Positions 8,664 through 24,211 of a stretch of 34,892 nt of DNA are shown here, piece by piece. Position 1 is the stretch's first letter; every line of letters begins with the position of its first letter. The notes under the pieces are model-generated. The model was not told the DNA's origin and did not search any database. It saw nothing but the letters and a program-made list of their open reading frames with translations. Made by a program: the position numbers and the translations under genes. Source of the DNA: Oikopleura dioica (taxonomy: Eukaryota > Animalia > Chordata); the NCBI GenBank assembly GCA_907165135.1, contig CAJRAX010000013.1, positions 1 through 34,892 of the forward strand. The letters run 5' to 3'.

Positions 8664-11600
8664 TTAACATCGTCTAGAAACGCGAAAAAAGCATCAAAAA
8701 TTTTCGCGATTTTTATGAACTTAACATCGTCTTTAAACGCGAAAAAACGCATCAAAAAATTTTCGCGATTTTTATGAAATAAACATCGTCTAAAAACGCG
8801 AAAAAACGCATCAAAAATTTTTCGCGATTTTTATGAACTAAACAATGTCTTAAAACGCGAAAAAATGCATCAAAAATTTTCGCGATTTTTATGAACTAAA
8901 CATCGTCTAATAACGCAAAAACGCATCAAAAATTTTCGCGATTTTTATGAACCAAACATCGTCGAAAAACGCGAAAAAACGCATCAAAAATTTTCGCGAT
9001 TTTTATGAACTAAACATTGTCTAAAAACGCGAAAAAACGCATCAAAAAATTTTCGCGATTTTTATGAACTAAACATCGTCTAAAAACGCGAAAAAACCCA
9101 TAAAAAATTTTCGCGATTTTGATGAACTAAACATCGTCTAAAAGCGCGAAAAAACGCATCAAAAATTTTCGCGATTTTTATGAACTAAACATCGTCTAAT
9201 AACGCAAAAACGCATCAAAAATTTTTGCGATTTTTATGAACTAAACATCGTCTAAAAACGCGAAAAAACGCATCAAAAATTTTCGCGATTTTTATGAACT
9301 AAACATCGTCTAAAAACGCGAAAAACGCATCAAAAAATTTTCGCTATTTTTATGAACTAAACATCGTCTAAAAACGCAAAAAAACGCATTAAAAAATTTT
9401 CGCGATTTTTATAGGCTAAACATCGTCTAAAAACGCGAAAAAACGCATCAAATAATTTTCGCGATTTTTATGAAATAAACATCGTCTAAAAACGCGAAAA
9501 AACGCATCAAAAATTTTTCGCGATTTTTATGAACTAAACATCGTCTTAAAACGCGAAAAATGCATCAAAAATTTTCGCGATTTTTATGAACAAAACATCG
9601 TCTAATAACGCAAAAAAACGCATCAAAAAATTTTCGCGATTTTTATGAACCAAACATCGTCGAAAAACGCGAAAAAACGCATCAAAAATTTTCGCGATTT
9701 TTATGAACTAAACATCGTCTAAAAACGCGAAAAACGCATCAAAAATTTTCGCTATTTTTATTAACTAAACATCGTCTAAAAACGCAAAAACGCATTAAAA
9801 AATTTTCGCGATTTTTATGAACTAAACATCGTCTAAAAACGCGAAAAAATGCATCAAATAATTTTCGCGATTTTAATGAACTTAACATCGTCTAAAAACG
9901 CGAAAAAACGCATCAAAAAATTTCGCGATTTTTATGAACTTAACATCAACTAAAAACGCGAAAAAACGCATCAAAAAATTTTTGCGAATTATATGAACTT
10001 ATCATCGTCTAAAAACGCGAAAAAACGCATCAAAAATTTTCGCGATTTTGATGAACTTAACATCGTCTAAAAGCGCGAAAAAACGCATCAAAAATTTTCG
10101 CGAATTTTATGAACTAAACATCGTCTAAAAACGCGAAAAAATGCATCCAAAAATTTCCGCGATTTTTAAGAACTAAACATCGTCTTAAAACGCGAAAAAA
10201 CGCATCAAAAAATTTTCACGATTTTTATGAACTTGACATCGTCTAAAAACGCGAAAAAACGCATCAAAAATTTTCGCGATTTTTATGAACTAAACATCGT
10301 CTAAAAACGCGAAAAAACGCATCAAAAATTTTTCGCGATTTTTATGAACTAAACATTGTCTAAAAACGCGAAAAAATGCATCAAAAAATTTTCGCGATTT
10401 TTATAAACTTAACATCGTCTAAAAACGCGAAAAAACGCATCGAAAAAATTTCGCGATTTTTATGAACTTAACATCAACTAAAAACGCGAAAAAACGCATC
10501 AAAAAATTTTTGCGAATTTTATGAACTTAACATCGTCTAAAAACGCGAAAAAACGCATCAAAAATTTTCGCGAATTTCATGAATTTTACATCGTCTAAAA
10601 ACGCGAAAAAACGCATCCAAAATTTCCGCGATTTTTATGAACTAAACATCGTCTTAAAACGCGAAAAAACGCATCAAAAATTTTTACGATTTTTATGAAC
10701 TAAACATCGTCTAATAACGCAAAAACGCATCAAAAAATTTTCGCGATTTTTATGAACCAAACATCGTCGGAAAACGCGAAAAAACGCATCAAAAATTTTC
10801 GCGATTTTTTGAACTAAACATTGTCTAAAAACGCGAAAAAACGCATCAAAAAATTTTCGCTATTTTTATGAACTTAACATCGTCTAAAAACGCAAAAAAA
10901 CCCATAAAAAATTTTCGCGATTTTTATGAACTAAACATCGTCTTAAAACGCGAAAAAATGCATCAAAAATTTTTGCGAATTATATGAACTTAACATCGTC
11001 TAAAAACGCGAAAAAACGCATCAAAAATTTTCGCGATTTTGATGAACTTAACATCGTCTAAAAGCGCGAAAAAACGCATCAAAAAATTTTCGCGAATTTT
11101 ATGAACTAAACATCGTCTAAAAACGCGAAAAAATGCATCCAAAAATTTCCGCGATTTTTAAGAACTAAACATCGTCTAAAAACGCGAAAAAACGCATCAA
11201 AAATTTTCACGATTTTTATGAACTTGACATCGTCTAAAAACGCGAAAAAACGCATCAAAAATTTTCGCGATTTTTATGAACTAAACATCGTCTAAAAACG
11301 CGAAAAAACGCATCAAAAATTTTTCGCGATTTTTATGAACTAAACATCGTCTAAAAACGCGTAAAAATGCATCAAAAATTTTCGCGATTTTTATAAACTT
11401 AACATCGTCTAAAAACGCGAAAAAACGCATCGAAAAATTTCGCGATTTTTATGAATTTAACATCAACTAAAAACGCGAAAAAACGCATCAAAAAATTTTT
11501 GCGAATTTTATGAACTTAACATCGTCTAAAAACGCGAAAAAACGCATCAAAAAATTTTCGCGAATTTCATGAATTTTACATCGTCTAAAAACGCGAAAAA

Positions 11601-14600
11601 ACGCATCCAAAAATTTCCGCGATTTTTATGAACTAAACATCGTCTAAAAACGCGAAAAAACGCATCAAAAAATTTTTACGATTTTTATGAACTAAACATC
11701 ATCTAATAACGCAAAAACGCATCAAAAAATTTTCGCGATTTTTATGAACCAAACATCGTCGAAAAACGCGAAAAAACGCATCAAAAATTTTCGCGATTTT
11801 TTGAACTAAACATTGTCTAAAAACGCGAAAAAACGCATCAAAGAATTTTCGCTATTTTTATGAACTTAACATCGTCTAAAAACGCAAAAACGCATCAAAA
11901 AATTTTCGCTATTTTTATGAACTTAACATCGTCTAAAAACGCAAAAACGCATCAAAAAATTTTCGCGATTTTTATGAACTAAACATCGTCTTAAAACGCG
12001 AAAAATCCCATAAAAAATTTTCGCGATTATTATGAACTAAACATCGTCTTAAAACGCGAAAAATGCATCAAAAATTTTCGCGATTTTTATGAACTAAACA
12101 TCGTCTAATAACGCAAAAACGCATCAAAAAATTTACGCGATTTTTATGAACCAAACATCGTCGAAAAACGCGAAAAAACGCATCAAAAATTTTCGCGATA
12201 TTTTTGAACTAAACATTGTCTAAAAACGCGAAAAAACGCATCAAAAAATTTTCGCTATTTTTATGAACTTAACATCGTCTAAAAACGCAAAAACGCATCA
12301 AAAATTTTCGCGATTTTTATGAACTTAACATCGTCTAAAAACGCGAAAAACCCATAAAAAATTTTCGCGATTTTGATGAACTAAACATCGTCTAAAAGCG
12401 CGAAAAAGCGCATCAAAAATTTTCGCGATTTTTATGAACTAAACATCGTCTAAAAACGCGAAAAAATGCATCAAAAATTTTCGCGATTTTTATGATTTTA
12501 ACATCGTCTAAAAACGCGAAAAAACGCATCAAAAATTTTCGCGATTTTTATGAACTAAACATCGTCTTAAAACGCGAAAAAACGCATCAAAAATTTTCGC
12601 GATTTTTATAAACCAAACAACGTCTAAAAACGCGAAAAAACGCATCAAAAATTTTCGCGATTTTTATGAACTAAACATCGTCTAAAAAAGCGAAAACTGC
12701 ATCAAAAATTTTCGCTATTTTTATGAACTAAACATCGTCTAAAAACGCAAAAACGCATCAAAAATTTTCGCAATTTTTATGAACTAAACATCGTCTAAAA
12801 ACGCGAAAAAATGCATCAAATAATTTTCGCGATTTTTATGAACTTAACATCGTCTAAAAACGCGAAAAAACGCATCAAAAAATTTCGCGATTTTTATGAA
12901 CTTAACATCAACTAAAAACGCGAAAAAACGCATCAAAAAATTTTTGCGAATTATATGAACTTAACATCGTCTAAAAACGCGAAAAAACGCATCAAAAATT
13001 TTCGTGATTTTGATGAACTTAACATCGTCTAAAAGCGCGAAAAAACGCATCAAAAAATTTTCGCGAATTTTATGAACTAAACATCGTCTAAAAACGCGAA
13101 AAAATGCATCCAAAAATTTCCGCGATTTTTAAGAACTAAACATCGTCTAAAAACGCGAAAAAACGCATCAAAAAATTTTCACGATTTTTATGAACTTGAC
13201 ATCGTCTAAAAACGCGAAAAAACGCATCAAAAAATTTTCGCGATTTTTATGAACTAAACATCGTCTAAAAACGCGAAAAAACGCATCAAAAATTTTTCGC
13301 GATTTTTATGAACTAAACATCGTCTAAAAACGCGAAAAAACGCATCAAAAATTTTTCGCGATTTTTATGAACTAAACATCGTCTAAAAACGCGAAAAAAT
13401 GCATCAAAAAATTTTCGCGATTTTTATGAACTTAACATCAACTAAAAACGCGAAAAAACGCATCAAAAAATTTTTGCGAATTTTATGAACTTAACATCGT
13501 CTAAAAACGCGAAAAAACGCATCAAAAATTTTCGCGAATTTCATGAATTTTACATCGTCTAAAAACGCGAAAAAACGCATCCAAAAATTTCCGCGATTTT
13601 TATGAACTAAACATCGTCTAAAAACGCGAAAAAACGCATCAAAAATTTTTACGATTTTTATGAACTAAACATCGTCTAAAAACGCGAAAAATGCATCAAA
13701 AATTTTCGCGATTTTTATGAACTAAACATCGTCTAAAAACGCGAAAAAACGCATCCAAAAATTTCCGCGATTTTTATGAACTAAACATCGTCTAAAAACG
13801 CGAAAAATGCATCAAAAATTTTCGCGATTTTTATGAACTAAACATCGTCTAATAACGCAAAAACGCATCAAAAATTTTCGCGATTTTTATGAACCAAACA
13901 TCGTCGAAAAACGCGAAAAAACGCATCAAAAATTTTCGCGATATTTTTGAACTAAACATTGTCTAAAAACGCGAAAAACGCATCAAAAATTTTCGCTATT
14001 TTTATGAACTTAACATCGTCTAAAAACGCAAAAAAACGCATCAAAAATTTTCGCGATTTTTATGAACTAAACATCGTCTAAAAACGCGAAAAAACCCATA
14101 AAAAATTTTCGCGATTTTGATGAACTAAACATCGTTTAAAAGCGCGAAAAAACGCATCAAAAATTTTCGCGATTTTTATGAACTAAACATCGTCTAAAAA
14201 CGCGAAAAAATGCATCAAAAATTTTCGCGATTTTTATGATTTTAACATCGTCTAAAAACGCGAAAAAACTCATCAAAAATTTTCGCGATTTTTATGAACT
14301 AAACATCGTCTTAAAACGCGAAAAAACGCATCAAAAATTTTCGCGATTTTTATAAACCAAACATCGTCTAAAAACGCGAAAAAACGCATCAAAAATTTTC
14401 GCGATTTTTATGAACTAAACATCGTCTAAAAACGCGAAAAACGCATCAAAAATTTTCGCTATTTTTATGAACTAAACATCGTCTAAAAACGCAAAAAAAC
14501 GCATTAAAAAATTTTCGCAATTTTTATGAACTAAACATCGTCTTAAAACGCAAAAATGCATCAAATAATTTTCGCGATTTTTATGAACTTAACATCGTCT

Positions 14601-17600
14601 AAAAACGCGAAAAAACGCATCAAAAAATTTCGCGATTTTTATGAACTTAACATCAACTAAAAACGCGAAAAAACGCATCAAAAATTTTTGCGAATTATAT
14701 GAACTTAACATCGTCTAAAAACGCGAAAAAACGCATCAAAAATTTTCGCGATTTTGATGAACTTAACATCGTCTAAAAGCGCGAAAAAACGCATCAAAAA
14801 TTTTCGCGAATTTTATGAACTTAACATCGTCTAAAAACGCGAAAAAATGCATCCAAAAATTTCCGCGATTTTTAAGAACTAAACATCGTCTAAAAACGCG
14901 AAAAACGCATCAAAAAATTTTCACGATTTTTATGAACTTGACATCGTCTAAAAACGCGAAAAAACGCATCAAAAATTTTCGCGATTTTTATGAACTAAAC
15001 ATCGTCTAAAAACGCGAAAAAACGCATCAAAAATTTTTCGCGATTTTTATGAACTAAACATCGTCTAAAAACGCGAAAAAATGCATCAAAAATTTTCGCG
15101 ATTTTTATAAACTTAACATCGTCTAAAAACGCGAAAAAACGCATCGAAAAATTTCGCGATTTTTATGAACTTAACATCAACTCAAAACGCGAAAAACGCA
15201 TCAAAAATTTTCGCGAATTTTATGAACTTAACATCGTCTAAAAACGCGAAAAAAAGCATCCAAAAATTTCCGCGATTTTTAAGAACTAAACATCGTCTAA
15301 AAACGCGAAAAAACGCATCAAAAATTTTCACGATTTTCATGAACTTGACATCGTCTAAAAACGCGAAAAAACGCATCAAAAAATTTTCGCGATTTTTATG
15401 AACTAAACATCTTCTAAAAACGCGAAAAAACGCATCAAAAATTTTTCGCGATTTTTATGAACTAAACATCGTCTAAAAACGCGAAAAAACGCATCAAAAA
15501 TTTTTCGCGATTTTTATGAACTAAACATCGTCTAAAAACGCGAAAAAATGCATCAAAAATTTTCGCGATTTTTATAAACTTAACATCGTCTAAAAACGCG
15601 AAAAAACGCATCAAAAAATTTCGCGATTTTTATGAACTTAACATCAACTAAAAACGCGAAAAAACGCATCAAAAAATTTTTGCGAATTTTATGAACTTAA
15701 CATCGTCTAAAAACGCGAAAAAACGCATCAAAAATTTTCGCGATTTTTATGAACTAAACATCGTCTAAAAACGCGAAAAAACGCATCAAAAATTTTTGCG
15801 AATTTTATGAACTTAACATCGTCTAAAAACGCGAAAAAACGCATCAAAAAATTTTCGCGAATTTTATGAACTAAACATCGTCTAAAAACGCGAAAAAATG
15901 CATCCAAAAATTTCCGCGATTTTTAAGAACTAAACATCGTCTAAAAACGCGAAAAAACGCATCAAAAAATTTTCACGATTTTTATGAACTTGACATCGTC
16001 TAAAAACGCGAAAAAACGCATCAAAAATTTTCGCGATTTTTATGAACTAAACATCGTCTAAAAACGCGAAAAAACGCATCAAAAATTTTTGCGAATTTTA
16101 TGAACTAAACATCGTCTAAAAACGCGAAAAAATGCATCAAAAAATTTTCGCGATTTTTATGAACTTAACATCAACTCAAAACGCGAAAAAACGCATCAAA
16201 AAATTTTCGCGAATTTTATGAACTTAACATCGTCTAAAAACGCGAAAAAACGCATCAAAAAATTTTCGCGAATTTTATGAACTAAACATCGTCTAAAAAC
16301 GCGAAAAAATGCACCCAAAAATTTCCGCGATTTTTAAGAACTAAACATCGTCTAAAAACGCGAAAAAACGCATCAAAAAATTTTCTCGATTTTTATAAAC
16401 TTGACATCGTCTAAAAACGCGAAAAAACGCATCAAAAAATTTTCGCGATTTTTATGAACTAAACATCGTCTAAAAACGCGAAAAAACGCATCAAAAAATT
16501 TTTCGCGATTTTTATGAACTAAACATCGTCTAAAAACGCGAAAAAACGCATCAAAAATTTTTCGCGATTTTTATGAACTAAACATCGTCTAAAAACGCGA
16601 AAAAATGCATCAAAAATTTTCGCGATTTTTATAAACTTAACATCGTCTAAAAACGCGAAAAAACGCATCGAAAAAATTTCGCGATTTTTATGAACTTAAC
16701 ATCAACTAAAAACGCGAAAAAACGCATCAAAAATTTTTGCGAATTTTATGAACTTAACATCGTCTAAAAACGCGAAAAAACGCATCAAAAAATTTTCGCG
16801 AATTTCATGAATTTTACATCGTCTAAAAACGCGAAAAAACGCATCAAAAATTTCCGCGATTTTTATGAACTAAACATCGTCTAAAAACGCGAAAAAACGC
16901 ATCAAAAATTTTTACGATTTTTATGAACTAAACATCGTCTAAAAACGCGAAAAAATGCATCAAAAATTTTCGCGATTTTTATGAACTAAACATCGTCTAA
17001 AAACGCGAAAAAACGCATCAAAAATTTCCGCGATTTTTATGAACTAAACATCGTCTTAAAACGCGAAAAAATGCATCAAAAATTTTCGCGATTTTTATGA
17101 ACTAAACATCGTCTAATAACGCAAAAAGTGCATCAAAAAATTTTCGCGATTTTTATGAACCAAACATCGTCTAAAAACGCGAAAAAACGCATCAAAAATT
17201 TTCGCGATATTTTTGAACTAAACATTGTCTAAAAACGCGAAAAAACGCATCAAAAAATTTTCGCTATTTTTATGAACTTAACATCGTCTAAAAACGCAAA
17301 AACGCATCAAAAATTTTCGCGATTTTTATGAACTAAACATCGTCTAAAAACGCGAAAAAACGCATAAAAAATTTTCGCGATTTTGATGAACTAAACATCG
17401 TCTAAAAGCGCGAAAAAACGCATCAAAAATTTTCGCGATTTTTATGAACTAAACATCGTCTAAAAACGCGAAAAAATGCATCAAAAATTTTCGCGATTTT
17501 TATGATTTTAACATCGTCTAAAAACGCGAAAAAACGCATCAAAAATTTTCGCGATTTTTATGAACTAAACATCGTCTTAAAACGCGAAAAAACGCATCAA

Positions 17601-20600
17601 AAATTTTCGCGATTTTTATAAACCAAACATCGTCTAAAAACGCGAAAAAACGCATCAAAAATTTTCGCGATTTTTATGAACTAAACATCGTCTAAAAACG
17701 CGAAAAACGCATCAAAAATTTTCGCTATTTTTATGAACTAAACATCGTCTAAAAACGCAAAAAAACGCATTAAAAAATTTTCGCAATTTTTATGAACTAA
17801 ACATCGTCTAAAAACGCGAAAAAACGCATCAAAAATTTTCGCGATTTTTATGAACTAAACATCGTCTAAAAACGCGAAAAAATGCATCAAATAATTTTCG
17901 CGATTTTTATGAACTTAACATCGTCTAAAAACGCGAAAAAACGCATCAAAAAATTTCGCGATTTTTATGAATTAAACATCAACTAAAAACGCGAAAAAAC
18001 GCATCAAAAAATTTTTGCGAATTATATGAACTTAACATCGTCTAAAAACGCGAAAAAACGCATCAAAAATTTTCGCGATTTTGATGAACTTAACATCGTC
18101 TAAAAGCGCGAAAAAACGCATCAAAAATTTTCGCGAATTTTATGAACTTGACATCGTCTAAAAACGCGAAAAAATGCATCAAAAATTTCCGCGATTTTTA
18201 AGAACTAAACATCGTCTAAAAACGCGAAAAAACGCATCAAAAAATTTTCACGATTTTTATGAACTTGACATCGTCTAAAAACGCGAAAAAACGCATCGAA
18301 AAAATTTCGCGATTTTTATGAACTTAACATCAACTAAAAACGCGAAAAAACGCATCAAAAATTTTTGCGAATTTTATGAACTTAACATCGTCTAAAAACG
18401 CGAAAAAACGCATCAAAAAATTTTCGCGAATTTTATGAACTAAACATCGTCTAAAAACGCGAAAAAATGCATCCAAAAATTTCCGCGATTTTTAAGAACT
18501 AAACATCGTCTAAAAACGCGAAAAAACGCATCAAAAAATTTTCACGATTTTCATGAACTTGACATCGTCTAAAAACGCGAAAAAACGCATCAAAAAATTT
18601 TCGCGACTTTTATGAACTAAACATCGTCTAAAAACGCGAAAAAACGCATCAAAAAATTTTTCGCGATTTTTATGAACTTAACATCGTCTAAAAACGCGAA
18701 AAAACGCATCAAAAATTTTTCGCGATTTTTATGAACTAAACATCGTCTAAAAACGCGAAAAAATGCATCAAAAATTTTCGCGATTTTTATAAACTTAACA
18801 TCGTCTAAAAACGCGAAAAAACGCATCAAAAAATTTCGCGATTTTTATGAACTTAACATCAACTAAAAACGCGAAAAAACGCATCAAAAAATTTTTGCGA
18901 ATTTTATGAACTTAACATCGTCTAAAAACGCGAAAAAACGCATCAAAAATTTTCGCGATTTTTATGAACTAAACATCGTCTAAAAACGCGAAAAAACGCA
19001 TCAAAAATTTTTGCGAATTTTATGAACTTAACATCAACTAAAAACGCGAAAAAACGCATCAAAAAATTTTTGCGAATTTTATGAACTTAACATCGTCTAA
19101 AAACGCGAAAAAACGCATCAAAAAATTTTCGCGATTTTTATGAACTAAACATCGTCTAAAAACGCGAAAAAACGCATCGAAAAAATTTCGCGATTTTTAT
19201 GAACTTAACATCAACTAAAAACGCGAAAAAACGCATCAAAAAATTTTTGCGAATTTTATGAACTTAACATCAACTAAAAACGCGAAAAAACGCATCAAAA
19301 AATTTTTGCGAATTTTATGAACTTAACATCAACTAAAAACGCGAAAAAACGCATCAAAAAATTTTTGCGAATTTTATGAACTTAACATCGTCTAAAAACG
19401 CGAAAAAACGCATCAAAAAATTTCGCGATTTTTATGAACTTAACATCAACTAAAAACGCGAAAAAACGCATCAAAAAATTTTTGCGAATTTTATGAACTT
19501 AACATCAACTAAAAACGCGAAAAAACGCATCAAAAATTTTTGCGAATTTTATGAACTTAACATCGTCTAAAAACGCGAAAAAACGCATCAAAAAATTTTC
19601 GCGAATTTTATGAACTAAACATCGTCTAAAAACGCGAAAAAATGCATCCAAAAATTTCCGCGATTTTTAAGAACTAAACATCGTCTAAAAACGCGAAAAA
19701 ACGCATCAAAAAATTTTCACGATTTTTATGAACTTGACATCGTCTAAAAACGCGAAAAAACGCATCAAAAAATTTTCGCGATTTTTATGAACTAAACATC
19801 GTCTAAAAACGCGAAAAAACGCATCAAAAAATTTTTGCGAATTTTATGAACTAAACATCGTCTAAAAACGCGAAAAAATGCATCAAAAAATTTTCGCGAT
19901 TTTTATGAACTTAACATCAACTCAAAACGCGAAAAAACGCATCAAAAATTTTCGCGAATTTTATGAACTTAACATCGTCTAAAAACGCGAAAAAACGCAT
20001 CAAAAAATTTTCGCGAATTTTATGAACTAAACATCGTCTAAAAACGCGAAAAAATGCACCCAAAAATTTCCGCGATTTTTAAGAACTAAACATCGTCTAA
20101 AAACGCGAAAAAACGCATCAAAAAATTTTCTCGATTTTTATAAACTTGACATCGTCTAAAAACGCGAAAAAACGCATCAAAAATTTTCGCGATTTTTATG
20201 AACTAAACATCGTCTAAAAACGCGAAAAAACGCATCAAAAATTTTTCGCGATTTTTATGAACTAAACATCGTCTAAAAACGCGAAAAAACGCATCAAAAA
20301 TTTTCGCGATTTTTATGAACTAAACATCGTCTAAAAACGCGAAAAAATGCATCAAAAAATTTTCGCGATTTTTATAAACTTAACATCGTCTAAAAACGCG
20401 AAAAAACGCATCGAAAAAATTTCGCGATTTTTATGAACTTAACATCAACTAAAAACGCGAAAAAACGCATCAAAAATTTTTGCGAATTTTATGAACTTAA
20501 CATCGTCTAAAAACGCGAAAAAACGCATCAAAAAATTTTCGCGAATTTCATGAATTTTACATCGTCTAAAAACGCGAAAAAACGCATCAAAAATTTCCGC

Positions 20601-23525
20601 GATTTTTATGAACTAAACATCGTCTAAAAACGCGAAAAAACGCATCAAAAATTTTTACGATTTTTATGAACTAAACATCGTCTAAAAACGCGAAAAATGC
20701 ATCAAAAATTTTCGCGATTTTTATGAACTAAACATCGTCTAAAAACGCGAAAAAACGCATCCAAAAATTTCCGCGATTTTTATGAACTAAACATCGTCTA
20801 AAAACGCGAAAAAATGCATCAAAAATTTTCGCGATTTTTATGAACTAAACATCGTCTAATAACGCGAAAAAGTGCATCAAAAAATTTTCGCGATTTTTAT
20901 GAACCAAACATCGTCGAAAAACGCGAAAAAACGCATCAAAAATTTTCGCGATATTTTTGAACTAAACATTGTCTAAAAACGCGAAAAAACGCATCAAAAA
21001 ATTTTCGCTATTTTTATGAACTTAACATCGTCTAAAAACGCAAAAACGCATCAAAAATTTTCGCGATTTTTATGAACTAAACATCGTCTAAAAACGCGAA
21101 AAAACCCATAAAAAATTTTCGCGATTTTGATGAACTAAACATCGTCTAAAAGCGCGAAAAAACGCATCAAAAAATTTTCGCGATTTTTATGAACTAAACA
21201 TCGTCTAAAAACGCGAAAAAATGCATCAAAAAATTTTCGCGATTTTTATGATTTTAACATCGTCTAAAAACGCGAAAAAACGCATCAAAAAATTTTCAAG
21301 ATTTTTATGAACTAAACATCGTCTTAAAACGCGAAAAAACGCATCAAAAAATTTTCGCGATTTTTATAAACCAAACATCGTCTAAAAACGCGAAAAAACG
21401 CATCAAAAATTTTCGCGATTTTTATGAACTAAACATCGTCTAAAAACGCGAAAAACGCATCAAAAAATTTTCGCTATTTTTATGAACTAAACATCGTCTA
21501 AAAACGCGAAAAAACGCATCAAAAAATTTTCGCAATTTTTATGAACTAAACATCGTCTAAAAACGCGAAAAAACGCATCAAAAAATTTTCGCGATTTTTA
21601 TGAACTAAACATCGTCTAAAAACGCGAAAAAATGCATCAAATAATTTTCGCGATTTTTATGAACTTAACATCGTCTAAAAACGCGAAAAAACGCATCAAA
21701 AAATTTCGCGATTTTTATGAATTAAACATCAACTAAAAACGCGAAAAAACGCATCAAAAAATTTTTGCGAATTATATGAACTTAACATCGTCTAAAAACG
21801 CGAAAAAACGCATCAAAAATTTTCGCGATTTTGATGAACTTAACATCGTCTAAAAGCGCGAAAAAACGCATCAAAAAATTTTCGCGAATTTTATGAACTT
21901 GACATCGTCTAAAAACGCGAAAAATGCATCCAAAAATTTCCGCGATTTTTAAGAACTAAACATCGTCTAAAAACGCGAAAAAACGCATCAAAAATTTTCA
22001 CGATTTTTATGAACTAAACATCGTCTAAAAACGCGAAAAAATGCATCAAAAATTTTCGCGATTTTTATAAACTAAACATCGTCTAAAAACGCGAAAAAAT
22101 GCATCAAAAATTTTCGCGATTTTTATAAACTTAACATCGTCTAAAAACGCGAAAAAACGCATAAAAAAATTTCGCGATTTTTATGAACTTAACATCAACT
22201 CAAAACGCGAAATAACGCATCAAAAATTTTTGCGAATTTTATGAACTTAACATCGTCTAAAAACGCGAAAAAACGCATCAAAAATTTTCGCGAATTTCAT
22301 GAATTATACATCGTCTAAAAACGCGAGAAAACGCATCCAAAAATTTCTGCGATTTTTATGAACTAAACATCGTCTAAAAACGCGAAAAAACGCATCAAAA
22401 ATTTTTACGATTTTTATGAACAAAACATCGTCTAATAACGCGAAAAAACGCATCAAAAAATTTTCGCGATTTTTATGAACCAAACATCGTCGAAAAACGC
22501 GAAAAAACGCATCAAAAATTTTCGCGATTTTTTTGAACTAAACATTGTCTAAAAACGCGAAAAAACGCATCAAAAATTTTCGCTATTTTTATGAACTTAA
22601 CATCGTCTAAAAACGCAAAAAAACGCATCAAAAAATTTTCGCTATTTTTATGAACTTAACATCGTCTTAAAACGCGAAAAAACGAATCAAAAATTTTCGC
22701 GATTTTTATGAACTAAACATCGTCTTAAAACGCGAAAAAACGCATCAAAAATTTTCGCGATTTTTATAAACCAAACATCGTCTAAAAACGCGAAAAAACG
22801 CATCAAAAATTTTCGCGATTTTTATGAACTAAACATCGTCTAAAAACGCGAAAAACGCATCAAAAAATTTTCGCTATTTTTATGAACTAAACATCGTCTA
22901 AAAACGCGAAAAAACGCATTAAAAAATTTTCGCGATTTTTATGAACTAAACATCGTCTAAAAACGCGAAAAAATGCATCAAATAATTTTCGCGATTTTTA
23001 TGAACTTTACATCGTCTAAAAACGCGAAAAAACGCATCAAAAAATTTCGCGATTTTTATGAACTTAACATCAACTAAAAACGCGAAAAAACGCATCAAAA
23101 AATTTTTGCGAATTATATGAACTTAACATCGTCTAAAAACGCGAAAAAACGCATCAAAAATTTTCGCGATTTTGATAAACTTAACATCGTCTAAAAGCGC
23201 GAAAAAACCCATAAAAATTTTCGCGAATTTTATGAACTAAACATCGTCTAAAAACGCGAAAAATGCATCCAAAAATTTCCGCGATTTTTAAGAACTAAAC
23301 ATCGTCTAAAAACGCGAAAAAACGCATCAAAAATTTTCACGATTTTTATGAACTTGACATCGTCTAAAAACGCGAAAAAACGCATCAAAAAATTACGCGA
23401 TTTTATGAACTAATCATCGTCTTAAAACGCGAAAAAACGCATTAAAAAATTTTCACGATTTTTATGATTTTAACATCGTCTAAAAACGCGAAAAAACTCA
23501 TCAAAAAATTTTCGCGATTTTTATG
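8664..23525. repeat. 58-59 bp satellite, block 2 (~14.9 kb, ~255 monomers) with higher-order structure
   Basis: Uninterrupted head-to-tail monomers, with variant monomers recurring in an ordered series. Confidence 0.99.
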
Positions 23526-23825
23526 TGCAAAGACGCTGAGAGACTCCTGGATTGCTGCGTAGTTGCTGTAGAATAGATGAACTCGGGGCCAGTAGTAAAG
23601 CAGGATAAAGTGTGTTTATTTCTCGATATTGTGTTTTTAAGACTGTGTGTGAAGTGAACAGAAAGAGGTTGAGCTGCTTGCTTATCAGTGTAGGCGCGCG
23701 GCTCCGAGACGGTAGAATGCTTTCTGGAAGTGCTGACATGCAACAACCAGAAGCAATCCACGAAATAAAGACTCTCACAACCATCCTCCCTTCAAGTTTT
23801 TGATGTTAAAGATTATCCAACCCCA
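23526..23825 (-). repeat. E2 3' LTR
   Basis: Minus strand TGGGGTTGGA...TCTTTGCA, with AATAAA inside the ATCGAGAAATAAACACAC core (plus 23610-23627). Confidence 0.92.
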
Positions 23826-24211
23826 AGTTGTGTCCAGATTGATAAATGCCTAACCCATCCCAAGCAAAGCAAAGTCGTAGCATATCTTCCAAAGCCAATT
23901 TGATAATGATCCATCCAATCACGTCCAGATCGCAGAAATAAGTCCAAAAATAGAAAGCAGCCAGATAAATTCCACAAAACCCCAACCATTAATTTTTACC
24001 CCTTAGGTTATTTGTCTCGATTTCCGTCTCCCATTTTCCATATATTTGAAGTACATGATTTTGATTTCCTGACTATCCCCACCCCTATTCCAGAAGAAAA
24101 TAGAAGCCCCCATCAACTTTTACTTTTTAAATTATAATTCAGGAATCCTTATTTTATTCTCATCTTCTTTAAATTCATTTTTCCCTTTCCCCTCATGAAA
24201 TTCATTTTTAT

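Noticed and set aside
23501-23803. ORFs of 63-94 aa within the E2 LTRs (also 27220-27577)
   Set aside because: They are LTR sequence, and their frames differ between the two copies because of 1-nt indels.
23840-23995. Hydrophobic mini-ORFs before the E2 3' LTR as an env remnant (GWGFVEFIWLLSIFGLISAIWT)
   Set aside because: The TM-like frame has no start codon and is under 30 codons. T/G-rich DNA gives hydrophobic peptides by default.
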